64,000 bases of DNA from an uncultured Phocaeicola sp. (GTDB lineage: Bacteria; Bacteroidota; Bacteroidia; Bacteroidales; Bacteroidaceae), in contig CAZSYY010000006.1 of the NCBI GenBank assembly GCA_964611375.1, positions 12-64,011 of the forward strand. The letters run 5' to 3'. The notes beneath the pieces are model-generated. The model searched no databases, had not been told where the DNA came from, and worked only from the letters and a program-made list of their open reading frames with translations. The position numbers and the translations under genes are program-made. Below are positions 29,250 through 38,778 of this stretch, piece by piece; positions within the stretch are counted from its first letter, which is position 1; every line of letters starts with the position of its first letter.

Positions 29250-30740
29250 TCACTCGAATTTTACATTTCTCATGTCGCCTGTTTCCTCAAAAGCAATGTG
29301 CATCTTGAACGCGTTTCTGAGCGACATAGGCGTGTGGCATGAATGTCCTTCAGAAAGTTTCAGATAGTCCCAAAGCAGTTGTCTGTAATCCGGATGTGCA
29401 CAGTTCTCTATGATGCAGCGAGCACGTTGCAACGGAGATTTTCCGCGAAGATCGGCCACGCCATGTTCGGTAACCAGGATACGCACGTCGTGTTCGGTGC
29501 TGTCCACGTGAGACACCTGTGGCACAATGGATGAAATAAGCCCGCCCTTCGCAGTGGAAGGAGTGGTGAAAATGGAAAGGTATGCGTTGCGCGCGAAATC
29601 TCCCGACCCGCCGATGCCGTTCATCATCTTCCTGCCGGACACGTGCGTACTGTTCACATTGCCGAAAATATCGGCTTCAAGCGCCGTATTCACCGCAATG
29701 ATACCCAAACGGCGGATAAGTTCCGGATGGTTGGTTATCTCCTGCGAACGAAGAAGCACGCGGCTGCGGAAATAATCAATATTGTTATACATCATGTCCA
29801 GACGGTCTTCCGAAAGAGTCAGCGAGCTTCCGGTCACAAAGCGGATGCGGTCTTTCAACATCAGGTCGATGACGGAATTCTGAATAACCTCAGTGAACAT
29901 CGAGAAAGCGGGAAGCTGCTGGTTCTCTCCCAGCGCTCCCAACACGGCATTGGCAATATTGCCTACGCCAGACTGGAGGGGAAGGAATTCATGAGGGATG
30001 GCACCCCGTTTCCATTCATTATATAGGAATTCAGCCACATTGTGTCCGATTTGCAGGGTCGTTTCGTTCAGAGGAGTGAATGCTCCCATATTGTCCCGCT
30101 CATTGGTACGGACAACACCTGTCACCTTTTCCGGATCCACCTTTACACCTTTTGTCCCTATACGGTCGTTGACGCGATAAATGGGAATTTCTGTACGGTA
30201 TGGCGGAGTTGCCGGCACATAGATGTCGTGCATACCGTCGAGCCGTCCCGAATGCGCTTCGTTGAGCTCTATAATGATTCTGTCGGCCACCTTCAACAAG
30301 GTCGGGGTGATGCCAACCGATGTACTCGGTATGATTTCTCCGTCATCCGTAATGTCGGAGGCTTCGACAATTGCCACGTCGACTTTTCCCAAGAAACCGT
30401 AGCGCACATCCTGTCCTATATGTGACAGGTGCAAGTCGAAATACTGTATTTCCCCTCCGTTGATGGAGTTGCGCATATCCTTATTCGACTGAAACGGTGT
30501 CCGGAACGATACTGCATCGGCAAGCGTCAGTGCACTGTCCACCTGATTTCCGGTCGCCCCACCGGTAATCAGTCCTATCTTAAATTCCTTACCTTCTCTG
30601 TGCAGTGATCCGGCATGTTCCGCAAGTGCGGCAGGAACCGCTTTCGGGGTACCAACTGAAGAGAATCCGCCGATGCCGACTGTGTCACCGTGCCGTATAG
30701 TTGCAGCCGCTTCCGCCGCTGAAATGAAAGGATAGTTCAT
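29250..30740 (-). CDS. Succinate/acetate CoA-transferase (acetyl-CoA hydrolase/transferase family)
   Basis: PLQSGVGNIANAV, FTEVIQ, NGIGGSGDFARN, VTEHGVADLRG. Confidence 0.92.
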   Translation of the reverse strand: MNYPFISAAEAAATIRHGDTVGIGGFSSVGTPKAVPAALAEHAGSLHREGKEFKIGLITGGATGNQVDSALTLADAVSFRTPFQSNKDMRNSINGGEIQYFDLHLSHIGQDVRYGFLGKVDVAIVEASDITDDGEIIPSTSVGITPTLLKVADRIIIELNEAHSGRLDGMHDIYVPATPPYRTEIPIYRVNDRIGTKGVKVDPEKVTGVVRTNERDNMGAFTPLNETTLQIGHNVAEFLYNEWKRGAIPHEFLPLQSGVGNIANAVLGALGENQQLPAFSMFTEVIQNSVIDLMLKDRIRFVTGSSLTLSEDRLDMMYNNIDYFRSRVLLRSQEITNHPELIRRLGIIAVNTALEADIFGNVNSTHVSGRKMMNGIGGSGDFARNAYLSIFTTPSTAKGGLISSIVPQVSHVDSTEHDVRILVTEHGVADLRGKSPLQRARCIIENCAHPDYRQLLWDYLKLSEGHSCHTPMSLRNAFKMHIAFEETGDMRNVKFE

Positions 30741-30991
30741 AATCGCAACTCTGTATAAATAGTTAATTTGATATAAGTCTTTCGGCAAAATTAGAATATT
30801 TATTTCAAATTATCAACAGCTGGGAGCAATTTTATTTCTTTTTGATAGTTTTTATTGCAATATTGTTCTTGAAATCACAATTTTCATGTTCCACCGGGAT
30901 ACTTATATCTGCTTTTTTATTTTTTTTGCAGACGGTTCTTCCGGAAGAATCCGGAAATCTTATATTTTTGCATGACTTAAAGATCGCAAAT

Positions 30992-31450
30992 ATGACCGAA
31001 GACTTGATCAGGCTCCTGCATGAAGGGAACTATTCGTGTGTGGTAAGAAATGGCGGTAAAGTCCGTACATTCTCACGGGACGGGGTAATCGACTTGTTCG
31101 AACTGTACCGCTCTGATCCCACTTTCATGAAAGGATCGGAAGTGGCCGACAAGGTGGTTGGCAAAGGGGTTGCGGCTATACTTGCACTCGGGAAAGTGGC
31201 CGACGTGTGGGCGGATGTATTGAGCGAATCTGCGTGCAGACTGCTTCATGATGCCGGAATAACAGTAAACTGGGATGACAGGGTGCCGTTCATCATCAAC
31301 CGGACGCATACGGGGCGATGCCCTCTTGAAACCGCCTGCGATGTGGCCGACACGCCGGAAAAGCTCTACCCGGTAATCAGCGATTTCGTGACGAGAATGA
31401 AGGGCAATCCGTCACAACAGGAGGAAAAACGTAATATTGAATCTAAATAA
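30992..31450 (+). CDS. DUF1893 (TM1506-like) protein
   Basis: ADKVVGKG and IINRTHTGRCPLE motifs; TATTTTTG -7 element at 30963-30970. Confidence 0.85.
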   Translation: MTEDLIRLLHEGNYSCVVRNGGKVRTFSRDGVIDLFELYRSDPTFMKGSEVADKVVGKGVAAILALGKVADVWADVLSESACRLLHDAGITVNWDDRVPFIINRTHTGRCPLETACDVADTPEKLYPVISDFVTRMKGNPSQQEEKRNIESK

Positions 31451-31464
31451 TAAAACTAAAGATT

Positions 31465-31674
31465 ATGTTCGGATTAGGAATGTCTGAAGTACTTGTAATA
31501 GCTCTGATCATTCTGCTTCTTTTCGGAGGACGCAAGATACCTGAAATGATGAGGGGATTGGGAAGGGGAATAAGAAGTTTCAAGGAAGGAATGAACGAAG
31601 TGGAAAAGAATGTCAACTTGGATGAGACCCCACCGCCTTCTCCTTCTGCGGAAAAAGAAAAGGAAAAAAAGTGA
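31465..31674 (+). CDS. tatA: Twin-arginine translocase TatA/TatE subunit
   Basis: GMSEVLVIALIILLLFGGRKIPEMMRGLGRGIRSFKEG. Confidence 0.93.
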   Translation: MFGLGMSEVLVIALIILLLFGGRKIPEMMRGLGRGIRSFKEGMNEVEKNVNLDETPPPSPSAEKEKEKK

Positions 31675-31852
31675 CACAATGATGTCTTGTCAGCAATAAT
31701 GAAGTAACAGAAAAACGAACTGTCATTTTGGACATGACAGGCGGACATCTTCATTAAAGGAAGCTGTTGTTTTTCTTACACCGCTTTTTGCCGGATTTCC
31801 GTACTTTTTTGAGAAAGTTTGCCAGATACATTCAAAAAAAAATCCGATTTGT

Positions 31853-31882
31853 TTTGGATTTTCTGGGAAAGCTGTATCTTTG
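31853..31882 (+). promoter_or_regulatory. Sigma-A promoter of tRNA-Thr
   Basis: TTTG 31853-31856, 18-nt spacer, TATCTTTG 31875-31882. Confidence 0.7.
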
Positions 31883-31906
31883 CACACGTTTTCCGAAAGA
31901 GACAAC

Positions 31907-31979
31907 GCCGAAATAACTCAGTTGGTAGAGTAACTCATTCGTAATGAGTAAGTCGCGGGTTCGAGTCCCGCTTTCGGCT
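31907..31979 (+). tRNA. tRNA-Thr(CGT)
   Basis: Cloverleaf: acceptor GCCGAAA/TTTCGGC, D stem ACTC/GAGT, anticodon arm ACTCA-TTCGTAA-TGAGT, T arm GCGGG-TTCGAGT-CCCGC; CCA not encoded. Confidence 0.96.
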
Positions 31980-32140
31980 CATCCACGTGTAATCTGCAAT
32001 TTCCTGACACACAGCAGACAAATCCCCGTAAATACGCAGACAAGACGTTTTTTGTGTTCTACCAGCCTGAAGGTGAGCAACGCTGAGAGGCGCTTGCCGT
32101 TGTGTATTATTATAGTATGTATAACCTTGTATCTGTTTCT

Positions 32141-33808
32141 ATGGAATTCAAACGCTTTGTCTTTGTTTTATGCCTTCAGATTCCGGCGATAAGTCTATTG
32201 TTTTTTCTTTTTTCATGTACATCTGAATCAGGAGAAGGCCTTGATGAGGACCTGTTACGCCAGGTGGATAAGGCAATATCCGAGACTGATAAATATGATT
32301 CCTTGAAAACGACGGCTATCAACCGCCTGAAAGCAAAGGAAGCCAATACGCCGTTGGAGCTTTTCACCAAGAACAGACTGTTGTTTGAGCAATATAAGTC
32401 ATATATATGTGATTCGGCCCTGCACTACATCAACGAAAATATCGAGATAGCCCGCAATGTAGGAAGAAAAGACATCCTGGTCTGGGCAATATTGCAGAAG
32501 GCCGACCTCATGGTAAAGGGAGGTCTTTTCACAGAGTCTCTGGCCCTGTTGTCTTCCATCTGCGGAGACTCCATACCGGCTGATCTGAAAGGATTGTACT
32601 ATCAGACTTATGAGACCACTTATCTGCACATGAACGAATATCTTGACGGAAACGAATATGGCGGGCGCTATGTGGATAAAATCATAACATATCGCGATTC
32701 CGTGTTGCAGGTGACTTCACGAGGTTCTTTCATCTACGACATGGATTACGGTTCCCGACTGCTGCATCAGGGAAAATCAGAAGATGCCATTGAGTTTTAT
32801 GAAGACAGGATAAAACGTTACACTTCCGGCACGCGGGAATATTCGGTGCTGATGTCTATCCTCGCCTATGTTTTCCAGACAGAAGGAAAGCTCAACGAAT
32901 ACGGACGGCTAATAGCACTGAGCGCAATTTCCGACATGCAGGGAAGTATCAAGGAAAACATGGCCATACGCGCACTGGCTGAACTGTGTTTCGCAACCGG
33001 CGAAGTGGACCGCGCCCATAAGTACATGATGAAAAGTATGGAGGATGCCAACTTCTTTTCGGCACGCATGCGAAAGAACCAGTCGGCCAAGCTGCTTCCG
33101 CTGGTTATGCAGACATATTCAGTGATGCAGTCAGAATCCCGGTTCAGACTGAAAATATATCTGGTCATAATCAGTGTACTGGCCGCAGGTCTGGTCATAA
33201 CCTTGTTCTATCTGTCCAAGCAGTTTCGTCTGGTATCGCGCAGCTTCCGGCTTGTGTTGAAGACCAAGAACCAGATGGAAGAAATCAACTACAAGCTGTC
33301 GCAAGCCAACTGCAAGCTGGTCGATGTCAACTCTGAACTCACGGAATCGAATCACATCAAAGAGGAATACATCGGCAAGTTCATGGAGCTTTGCTCCATT
33401 TATATCTCTACGCTGGAGCAGTACCGGAAATCACTGATACGCCAGGCTTCAGGAAGAAAGGTGGAGGAACTTTACAAGCTGCTGCGCTCGGAAAATATCA
33501 TCAATGACACGCTAAAGGACTTCTATTCAACTTTCGATACGGCATTTTTGAACATCTTTCCCACGTTCGTGCAACAGTTCAATGCCCTGTTCCCCGAAGA
33601 AAAGCAGGTGGTGCTGAAACATGGCGAGAAACTCAACACAGAGTTGCGTACGTTTGCCTTGATACGTCTTGGAATGACAGACAGCAACAAGATTGCCGAA
33701 TTTCTCCGCTGTTCCATAACGACAATCTATTCCTACCGTTCCAGACGCAAAAAACAGTCACTTGAACCGGAAAAATTCGATGCGGAAATCCTGAAAATAG
33801 GGATTTGA
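32141..33808 (+). CDS. SusR-like (DUF6377) membrane-spanning transcriptional activator
   Basis: Periplasmic TPR-like sensor, TM, coiled coil, ESNHIKEEYIGKF, FDTAFLNIFPTFV, LNTELRTFALIRLG, HTH IAEFLRCSITTIYSYR; start uncertain. Confidence 0.88.
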   Translation: MEFKRFVFVLCLQIPAISLLFFLFSCTSESGEGLDEDLLRQVDKAISETDKYDSLKTTAINRLKAKEANTPLELFTKNRLLFEQYKSYICDSALHYINENIEIARNVGRKDILVWAILQKADLMVKGGLFTESLALLSSICGDSIPADLKGLYYQTYETTYLHMNEYLDGNEYGGRYVDKIITYRDSVLQVTSRGSFIYDMDYGSRLLHQGKSEDAIEFYEDRIKRYTSGTREYSVLMSILAYVFQTEGKLNEYGRLIALSAISDMQGSIKENMAIRALAELCFATGEVDRAHKYMMKSMEDANFFSARMRKNQSAKLLPLVMQTYSVMQSESRFRLKIYLVIISVLAAGLVITLFYLSKQFRLVSRSFRLVLKTKNQMEEINYKLSQANCKLVDVNSELTESNHIKEEYIGKFMELCSIYISTLEQYRKSLIRQASGRKVEELYKLLRSENIINDTLKDFYSTFDTAFLNIFPTFVQQFNALFPEEKQVVLKHGEKLNTELRTFALIRLGMTDSNKIAEFLRCSITTIYSYRSRRKKQSLEPEKFDAEILKIGI

Positions 33809-33988
33809 CACCTTAAAAAAGGATTATACGAATTTTGATTTTTGAAATGACATAATTAATATAATATATTGATAATTAACAATATGTGAATATTTAAGTT
33901 TTAGATTGTAATTTGTGATGCCAAGATGCTTGTTATATTAATTGTAATATTGTAACACACATTTAAAATCAACCTAAAACTAATTCAC

Positions 33989-36952
33989 ATGAATGGCATT
34001 TTTTATCGAAACAAGCAATGTCGCTGGCGGCAGTTGCTGGTGTTCTTGGGAATGGTCGTGACATCGGCCACCGCATGGGCACAACAGACGGTTAAAGGAA
34101 CCGTCATTGACGAAACCGGTCAAACGGTAATCGGAGCTTCGGTCATGGTAAAAGGCACTTCAAACGGCACAATTACCGATTTTGACGGAAACTATTTATT
34201 AAACAATGTACAGTCGGATGCTGTACTCGTTTTCTCCTACATCGGCTATCAGACACAGGAAGTGGAAGTCGGCGGACGTACTACCGTCAACATAAGTCTG
34301 ATTGTGGAAAAACAGATGCTTGATGAGGTTGTGGTAGTGGGCTATGGATCGCTGAGCCGCAAGGAGCTGTCGAGTTCCATCGTACAGATAAACAAGGACG
34401 AATTCCAGCAGGGAGGCATGAACAATATCATGCAAATGCTTGACGGAAAGGTGGCCGGCCTTAATGTTTCCAACACGGCTCCCGCCGACCCTAACGGCAG
34501 CTCCACACTGCAAGTGCGCGGAGCAACTTCTCTTTCGGCCGGCAATGAACCGCTTATAGTAATTGACGGAGTGGCGGGAGGTGATATCCGTACTTTGGCT
34601 CCGCAAGACGTAGAGTCGATGACTGTCCTAAAAGATGCAGCATCAGCGGCCATATACGGTACACGTGGAGCTAACGGTGTCATACTTATCACCACGAAGA
34701 AAGGTTCTGGAGATCCAGGCAAGCCAACTTTCACATACGACAGTTATTTTGCCGTCAATTTTGCCAGAAACACTCCCGATGTACTGTCAGCCGATGAATG
34801 GCGTCGCTCACGTCGTGGCAATGATTATGGTTCCAGCACAGACTGGTATAACGAACTGATGCGTGACTTCTCGTATGATACCAACCAGTATATTTCGGTG
34901 GACGGCAATACAGGAAACGGATACTATACGGCTTCACTCAACTACAAGAGGGCTGTGGGATTAGACATTGCGAGCGGACGAGAAGAATACGGAGCAAGAG
35001 CCTCCCTGCAACAGCTGATGCTCGACAAACGGTTACAGCTTACGTTCAGCCTCAACGGACGCAAGGTAAAGGAAGACTGGGGCGACAGCAGCCTGTTCGA
35101 CACTGCCCTGCAGATGAACCCCACAATGCCTGTATATAATGACGACGGCACTTACTACCAGCCCACATCACCTACTGACGCTTCCAACCCGGTGGGGAAT
35201 CTAAGACAAAACACCAGTCAGGGAAGCCGCACTTATCTGTTGGGTACGGTGGATGCCAAAGTAAACATCTGGAACAATGACAAGCATGCCGTCAATACCG
35301 TGCTGTCATATTCATACGATTACAATGACCTGAAAAGTGATTATTATACTCCCTCCACATCCAGTGAATCATACTGGGGAGGGTACAACGGGCGTGCTTC
35401 CATACAATACCAGAAATGGTGGACAAACCGGCTGGAATGGATTGGCAATTACATGTACAATAACAATGGTCATGACCTCAAGCTGATGGTGGGATATACC
35501 TTTGAACGCACCGAATATGAACAGATGTACATGGAAAATTCCGACTTTACGTTCGATAATACCTTGTGGCACGATATAGGTGCCGGCACTTACCTTAGCG
35601 AGGGCAAGGCAAACATATATTCCGGCAAGACCGAATCAACGCTGATCGGCTTCTTCGGACGTGTGAACTACAACTGGCAAGACCTGCTCATTGCTTCAGC
35701 CTCACTGCGTTATGAAGGTTCCACAAAGTTCGGGGCAGACCACAAGTGGGGAGCTTTCCCTTCTGTCTCACTGGCATGGGAAATGACCAACATGCCATTC
35801 CTTGAAGAGCATAAAGACGTGGTGCAGAGCCTGAAACCACGCATCTCATACGGTATGACGGGGCGAAGCGACTTTGATGCCTACCAGTCCATATCAACCT
35901 ATTCTTCCACCGGACCATACCTTATGAACGGGAAATGGGTGACAGGTTACGCACCATCCAACAATTCCAATCCGAACTTGTCGTGGGAGAAACTGTCAAG
36001 CACCAACTACGGCATTGACTTTATGCTCTGGAACCGCTTCTACGGATCCATCGAATTCTTCGACCGTCGTTCCAAAGACTTGCTTTACACCTATACAGCT
36101 CCGCAGCCCCCGTATGTTTATTCCGACATCCTTGTGAACGTCGGAACCACAAAGAACACTGGAGTAGAAGTCCAGCTTAACGGAGATATATTCGTTGACA
36201 CGCCGGTGAAATGGAGCACTGGTATCAACTATTCGTACGGAAAGACTAAACTTACAAAACTGTCAAATGACATCTATGAAGCGTCATATCTGGATCTGTA
36301 TCTGAAGCCTGGTGTAGGTACGACCGAATATTTCTTCCGTGTCGAGGAAGGCGGTGAAGTAGGCCAGTTCTACGGATATGAGTTTGCCGGTACGGACGAT
36401 GACGGAAACATGCTCGTCTATAATGCCAACGGAGAGAAAATACTTACGTCTGAAGCCACAGCTGATGACAAGCGTTATATTGGCAGCGGTGTTCCAAAGC
36501 ATTTCCTTACATGGAACAATACGCTGCGCTGGCGCGACTTCGATCTCAGCCTGATGTTCCAGGGAGCTTTCGGACATAAGATATTCAATATGCGCAAATA
36601 CAGCATGGGACTTCAAGGCAGCGGTTCGGACAATGTGCTGCGCAGCGCCTATCTGGAAGACAGTGACGTACAGAGCAGCGGTGGTGTAATATCATCTTAT
36701 TTCCTGGAGAAAGGCAACTACTTCAAGCTGTCCAACGTAACGCTTGGCTATAATGTCCCGTTCAAGAACCGCAAGATTGTGGAAAGCCTGCGTGTTTACT
36801 TGGTTGCCAAGAACCTATTTACCTTGACAGGGTATTCGGGCAACGACCCCTCTATCGTGACACAGACAGGGATTACCCCCGGTGTAGACGAAACAAGTGC
36901 CTATCCGCAGGCTACACAGGTAACATTGGGTGTAACTTTTCGTTTCAAATAA
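33989..36952 (+). CDS. susC: SusC/RagA TonB-dependent transporter
   Basis: N-terminal extension, LDEVVVVGYG, VLKDAASAAIYGTRGANGVILITTKKG, NPNLSWEK. Confidence 0.96.
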   Translation: MNGIFYRNKQCRWRQLLVFLGMVVTSATAWAQQTVKGTVIDETGQTVIGASVMVKGTSNGTITDFDGNYLLNNVQSDAVLVFSYIGYQTQEVEVGGRTTVNISLIVEKQMLDEVVVVGYGSLSRKELSSSIVQINKDEFQQGGMNNIMQMLDGKVAGLNVSNTAPADPNGSSTLQVRGATSLSAGNEPLIVIDGVAGGDIRTLAPQDVESMTVLKDAASAAIYGTRGANGVILITTKKGSGDPGKPTFTYDSYFAVNFARNTPDVLSADEWRRSRRGNDYGSSTDWYNELMRDFSYDTNQYISVDGNTGNGYYTASLNYKRAVGLDIASGREEYGARASLQQLMLDKRLQLTFSLNGRKVKEDWGDSSLFDTALQMNPTMPVYNDDGTYYQPTSPTDASNPVGNLRQNTSQGSRTYLLGTVDAKVNIWNNDKHAVNTVLSYSYDYNDLKSDYYTPSTSSESYWGGYNGRASIQYQKWWTNRLEWIGNYMYNNNGHDLKLMVGYTFERTEYEQMYMENSDFTFDNTLWHDIGAGTYLSEGKANIYSGKTESTLIGFFGRVNYNWQDLLIASASLRYEGSTKFGADHKWGAFPSVSLAWEMTNMPFLEEHKDVVQSLKPRISYGMTGRSDFDAYQSISTYSSTGPYLMNGKWVTGYAPSNNSNPNLSWEKLSSTNYGIDFMLWNRFYGSIEFFDRRSKDLLYTYTAPQPPYVYSDILVNVGTTKNTGVEVQLNGDIFVDTPVKWSTGINYSYGKTKLTKLSNDIYEASYLDLYLKPGVGTTEYFFRVEEGGEVGQFYGYEFAGTDDDGNMLVYNANGEKILTSEATADDKRYIGSGVPKHFLTWNNTLRWRDFDLSLMFQGAFGHKIFNMRKYSMGLQGSGSDNVLRSAYLEDSDVQSSGGVISSYFLEKGNYFKLSNVTLGYNVPFKNRKIVESLRVYLVAKNLFTLTGYSGNDPSIVTQTGITPGVDETSAYPQATQVTLGVTFRFK

Positions 36953-36969
36953 ATCTAAACAGAATCACT

Positions 36970-38757
36970 ATGAGAAATATCAAATATAATAAATTGGCTG
37001 CAATATTGACAGGATGTTTCCTGCTGTCGTGCACCGATTTGGATGAAAAGGTTTTTGACCGTATCGACTCGTCCATCTACTATCAGGACGAAAATAGTGT
37101 GATAGCTGCAGTGGCTGCCATTTACTCGTCTGCCACAACCGGTTTCCTTGAGTATTTCTGGTATCTTAACGAATTGAGTGCCGACCAGGTGGCATGGCGT
37201 TCGTGGAACGGCGGCTCATGGGGATGGGACGAAGGAGAGAAGTTCGTACTGTCAAGCCAGTCGTGGAACACGGAATCCGTTATCATACGTTCGGCATGGG
37301 AATCTGCATGGGAAACCATTGGCTTGTGCAATACGCTCCTCGAAGACATGAATTCACTGGATCCCTCATCCCTCAACATGTCCGAAGACGATATGACAAT
37401 GTACATCGCCGAAGTTCGTACGCTGAGGGCATGGGCCTATTACAATAACTTTGAGCTGTGGGGAGGCGCCTTGCCTCTATGTACCAGTGCAAGCGGAGAT
37501 ATTCCCGGTTCTGCCGATGAGGATTTCGATACAGGATGCAAGATAATCTACGATTTCATAAGCACCGAACTTGACGAGACGTGGGTCGATCTGATGAAAG
37601 AAGACGGTTCGGGAAGTGCCCGCACACGCGTCAACCAGGCAACAAACCGTATGCTGAAGATGCGCCTGCTTCTCAACTCTGAAGTGTTCATCAACGAAGA
37701 TCATTATGATGAATGCGCCGAACTGTGCGAAGACATCATCAACGGCGATTATGGCACATATTCTTTGGCGACCGACTGGCGAGATATCTTCTCAAACGGC
37801 AATGAAAGCTGTCCGGAAATAGTTTTCGCTTTTGCGCAAGAAGACGGACAACTGACCAATAACAACCGGAACACGCCTTTCCTGCCCTACAACTATGACG
37901 AGATTGTGGGACAGACCTTTTCTGCAAGCGGCTGGAACTGCTTCTGCCTGGTTCCCTCGAAGGATAATTCGGGTACGGTACTGTCAACCGGAGGAACCGA
38001 CAATCCGCAAAGTTTCCTGTTTGATTACGGCGACAAACTTGGTGCCGTGATGGACCGCTACAATGACAGCGATGTGCGCAAGCAGAATTTTCACTATGAT
38101 GAGTCAACGGGAGAATACTACGGGATGTTCCTAATAGGTGCAATGTACAACTATGATACAGGAGAGGCTGTCGTGGCGGACGCTGAGCGCGACGGACAGG
38201 ATCTGGTCTATGTAGATCAGGTGGGTACATTCCTGAACAACGGACGCACCCTGTCAACGGTAATGAATCCGCGATGGGGAGAGACAAATTCCGGAATCCG
38301 CCTGATGAAGTACCCGATGCTGCCGTCATCGACAGGATTGAGCTATGTGGACATTGATGAAGTGGAATTCAGGCTGGCTGAAGTCTACTATACACTGGCC
38401 GAATGCCGCATGCGTAACGGCAACAGTGAAGCAGCCAAGACATTGGTCAACACTGTGCGCTCACGCTATTTTGAAGACCAGAGCGTGATAAATGATCCGG
38501 GACCGGGATTTACCAGTTTCGACATGGACTGGATGCTGAGCGAGTGGGGTCTGGAATTTCTGAACGAGGGCCGACGCCGCCGTACCGATCTGCGCCGTTT
38601 CGACAAGTTCACGCAGGGACAATGGTGGTTCTTCGGACGTGACACGGAAACGGGTTATGACATTTCAGCCACACGTGACCGCAAATATGAATGGTTCCCT
38701 TTGCCACAAACGGCACTGATGGTGAACCCCGGTCTGGTACAGAATCCCAATTATTAA
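36970..38757 (+). CDS. susD: SusD/RagB lipoprotein
   Basis: Lipobox LLSCTDLDE; EVRTLRAWAY, FRLAEVYYTLAE, EFLNEGRRRRTDLRRF, LVQNPNY. Confidence 0.95.
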   Translation: MRNIKYNKLAAILTGCFLLSCTDLDEKVFDRIDSSIYYQDENSVIAAVAAIYSSATTGFLEYFWYLNELSADQVAWRSWNGGSWGWDEGEKFVLSSQSWNTESVIIRSAWESAWETIGLCNTLLEDMNSLDPSSLNMSEDDMTMYIAEVRTLRAWAYYNNFELWGGALPLCTSASGDIPGSADEDFDTGCKIIYDFISTELDETWVDLMKEDGSGSARTRVNQATNRMLKMRLLLNSEVFINEDHYDECAELCEDIINGDYGTYSLATDWRDIFSNGNESCPEIVFAFAQEDGQLTNNNRNTPFLPYNYDEIVGQTFSASGWNCFCLVPSKDNSGTVLSTGGTDNPQSFLFDYGDKLGAVMDRYNDSDVRKQNFHYDESTGEYYGMFLIGAMYNYDTGEAVVADAERDGQDLVYVDQVGTFLNNGRTLSTVMNPRWGETNSGIRLMKYPMLPSSTGLSYVDIDEVEFRLAEVYYTLAECRMRNGNSEAAKTLVNTVRSRYFEDQSVINDPGPGFTSFDMDWMLSEWGLEFLNEGRRRRTDLRRFDKFTQGQWWFFGRDTETGYDISATRDRKYEWFPLPQTALMVNPGLVQNPNY

Positions 38758-38778
38758 TCATTTAACAATCGAGACGTG

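Noticed and set aside
30863-30880. Possible Rex box TTGTTCTTGAAATCACAA near the CoA transferase promoter
   Set aside because: Left half-site matches only 4 of 7 positions in AT-rich DNA.
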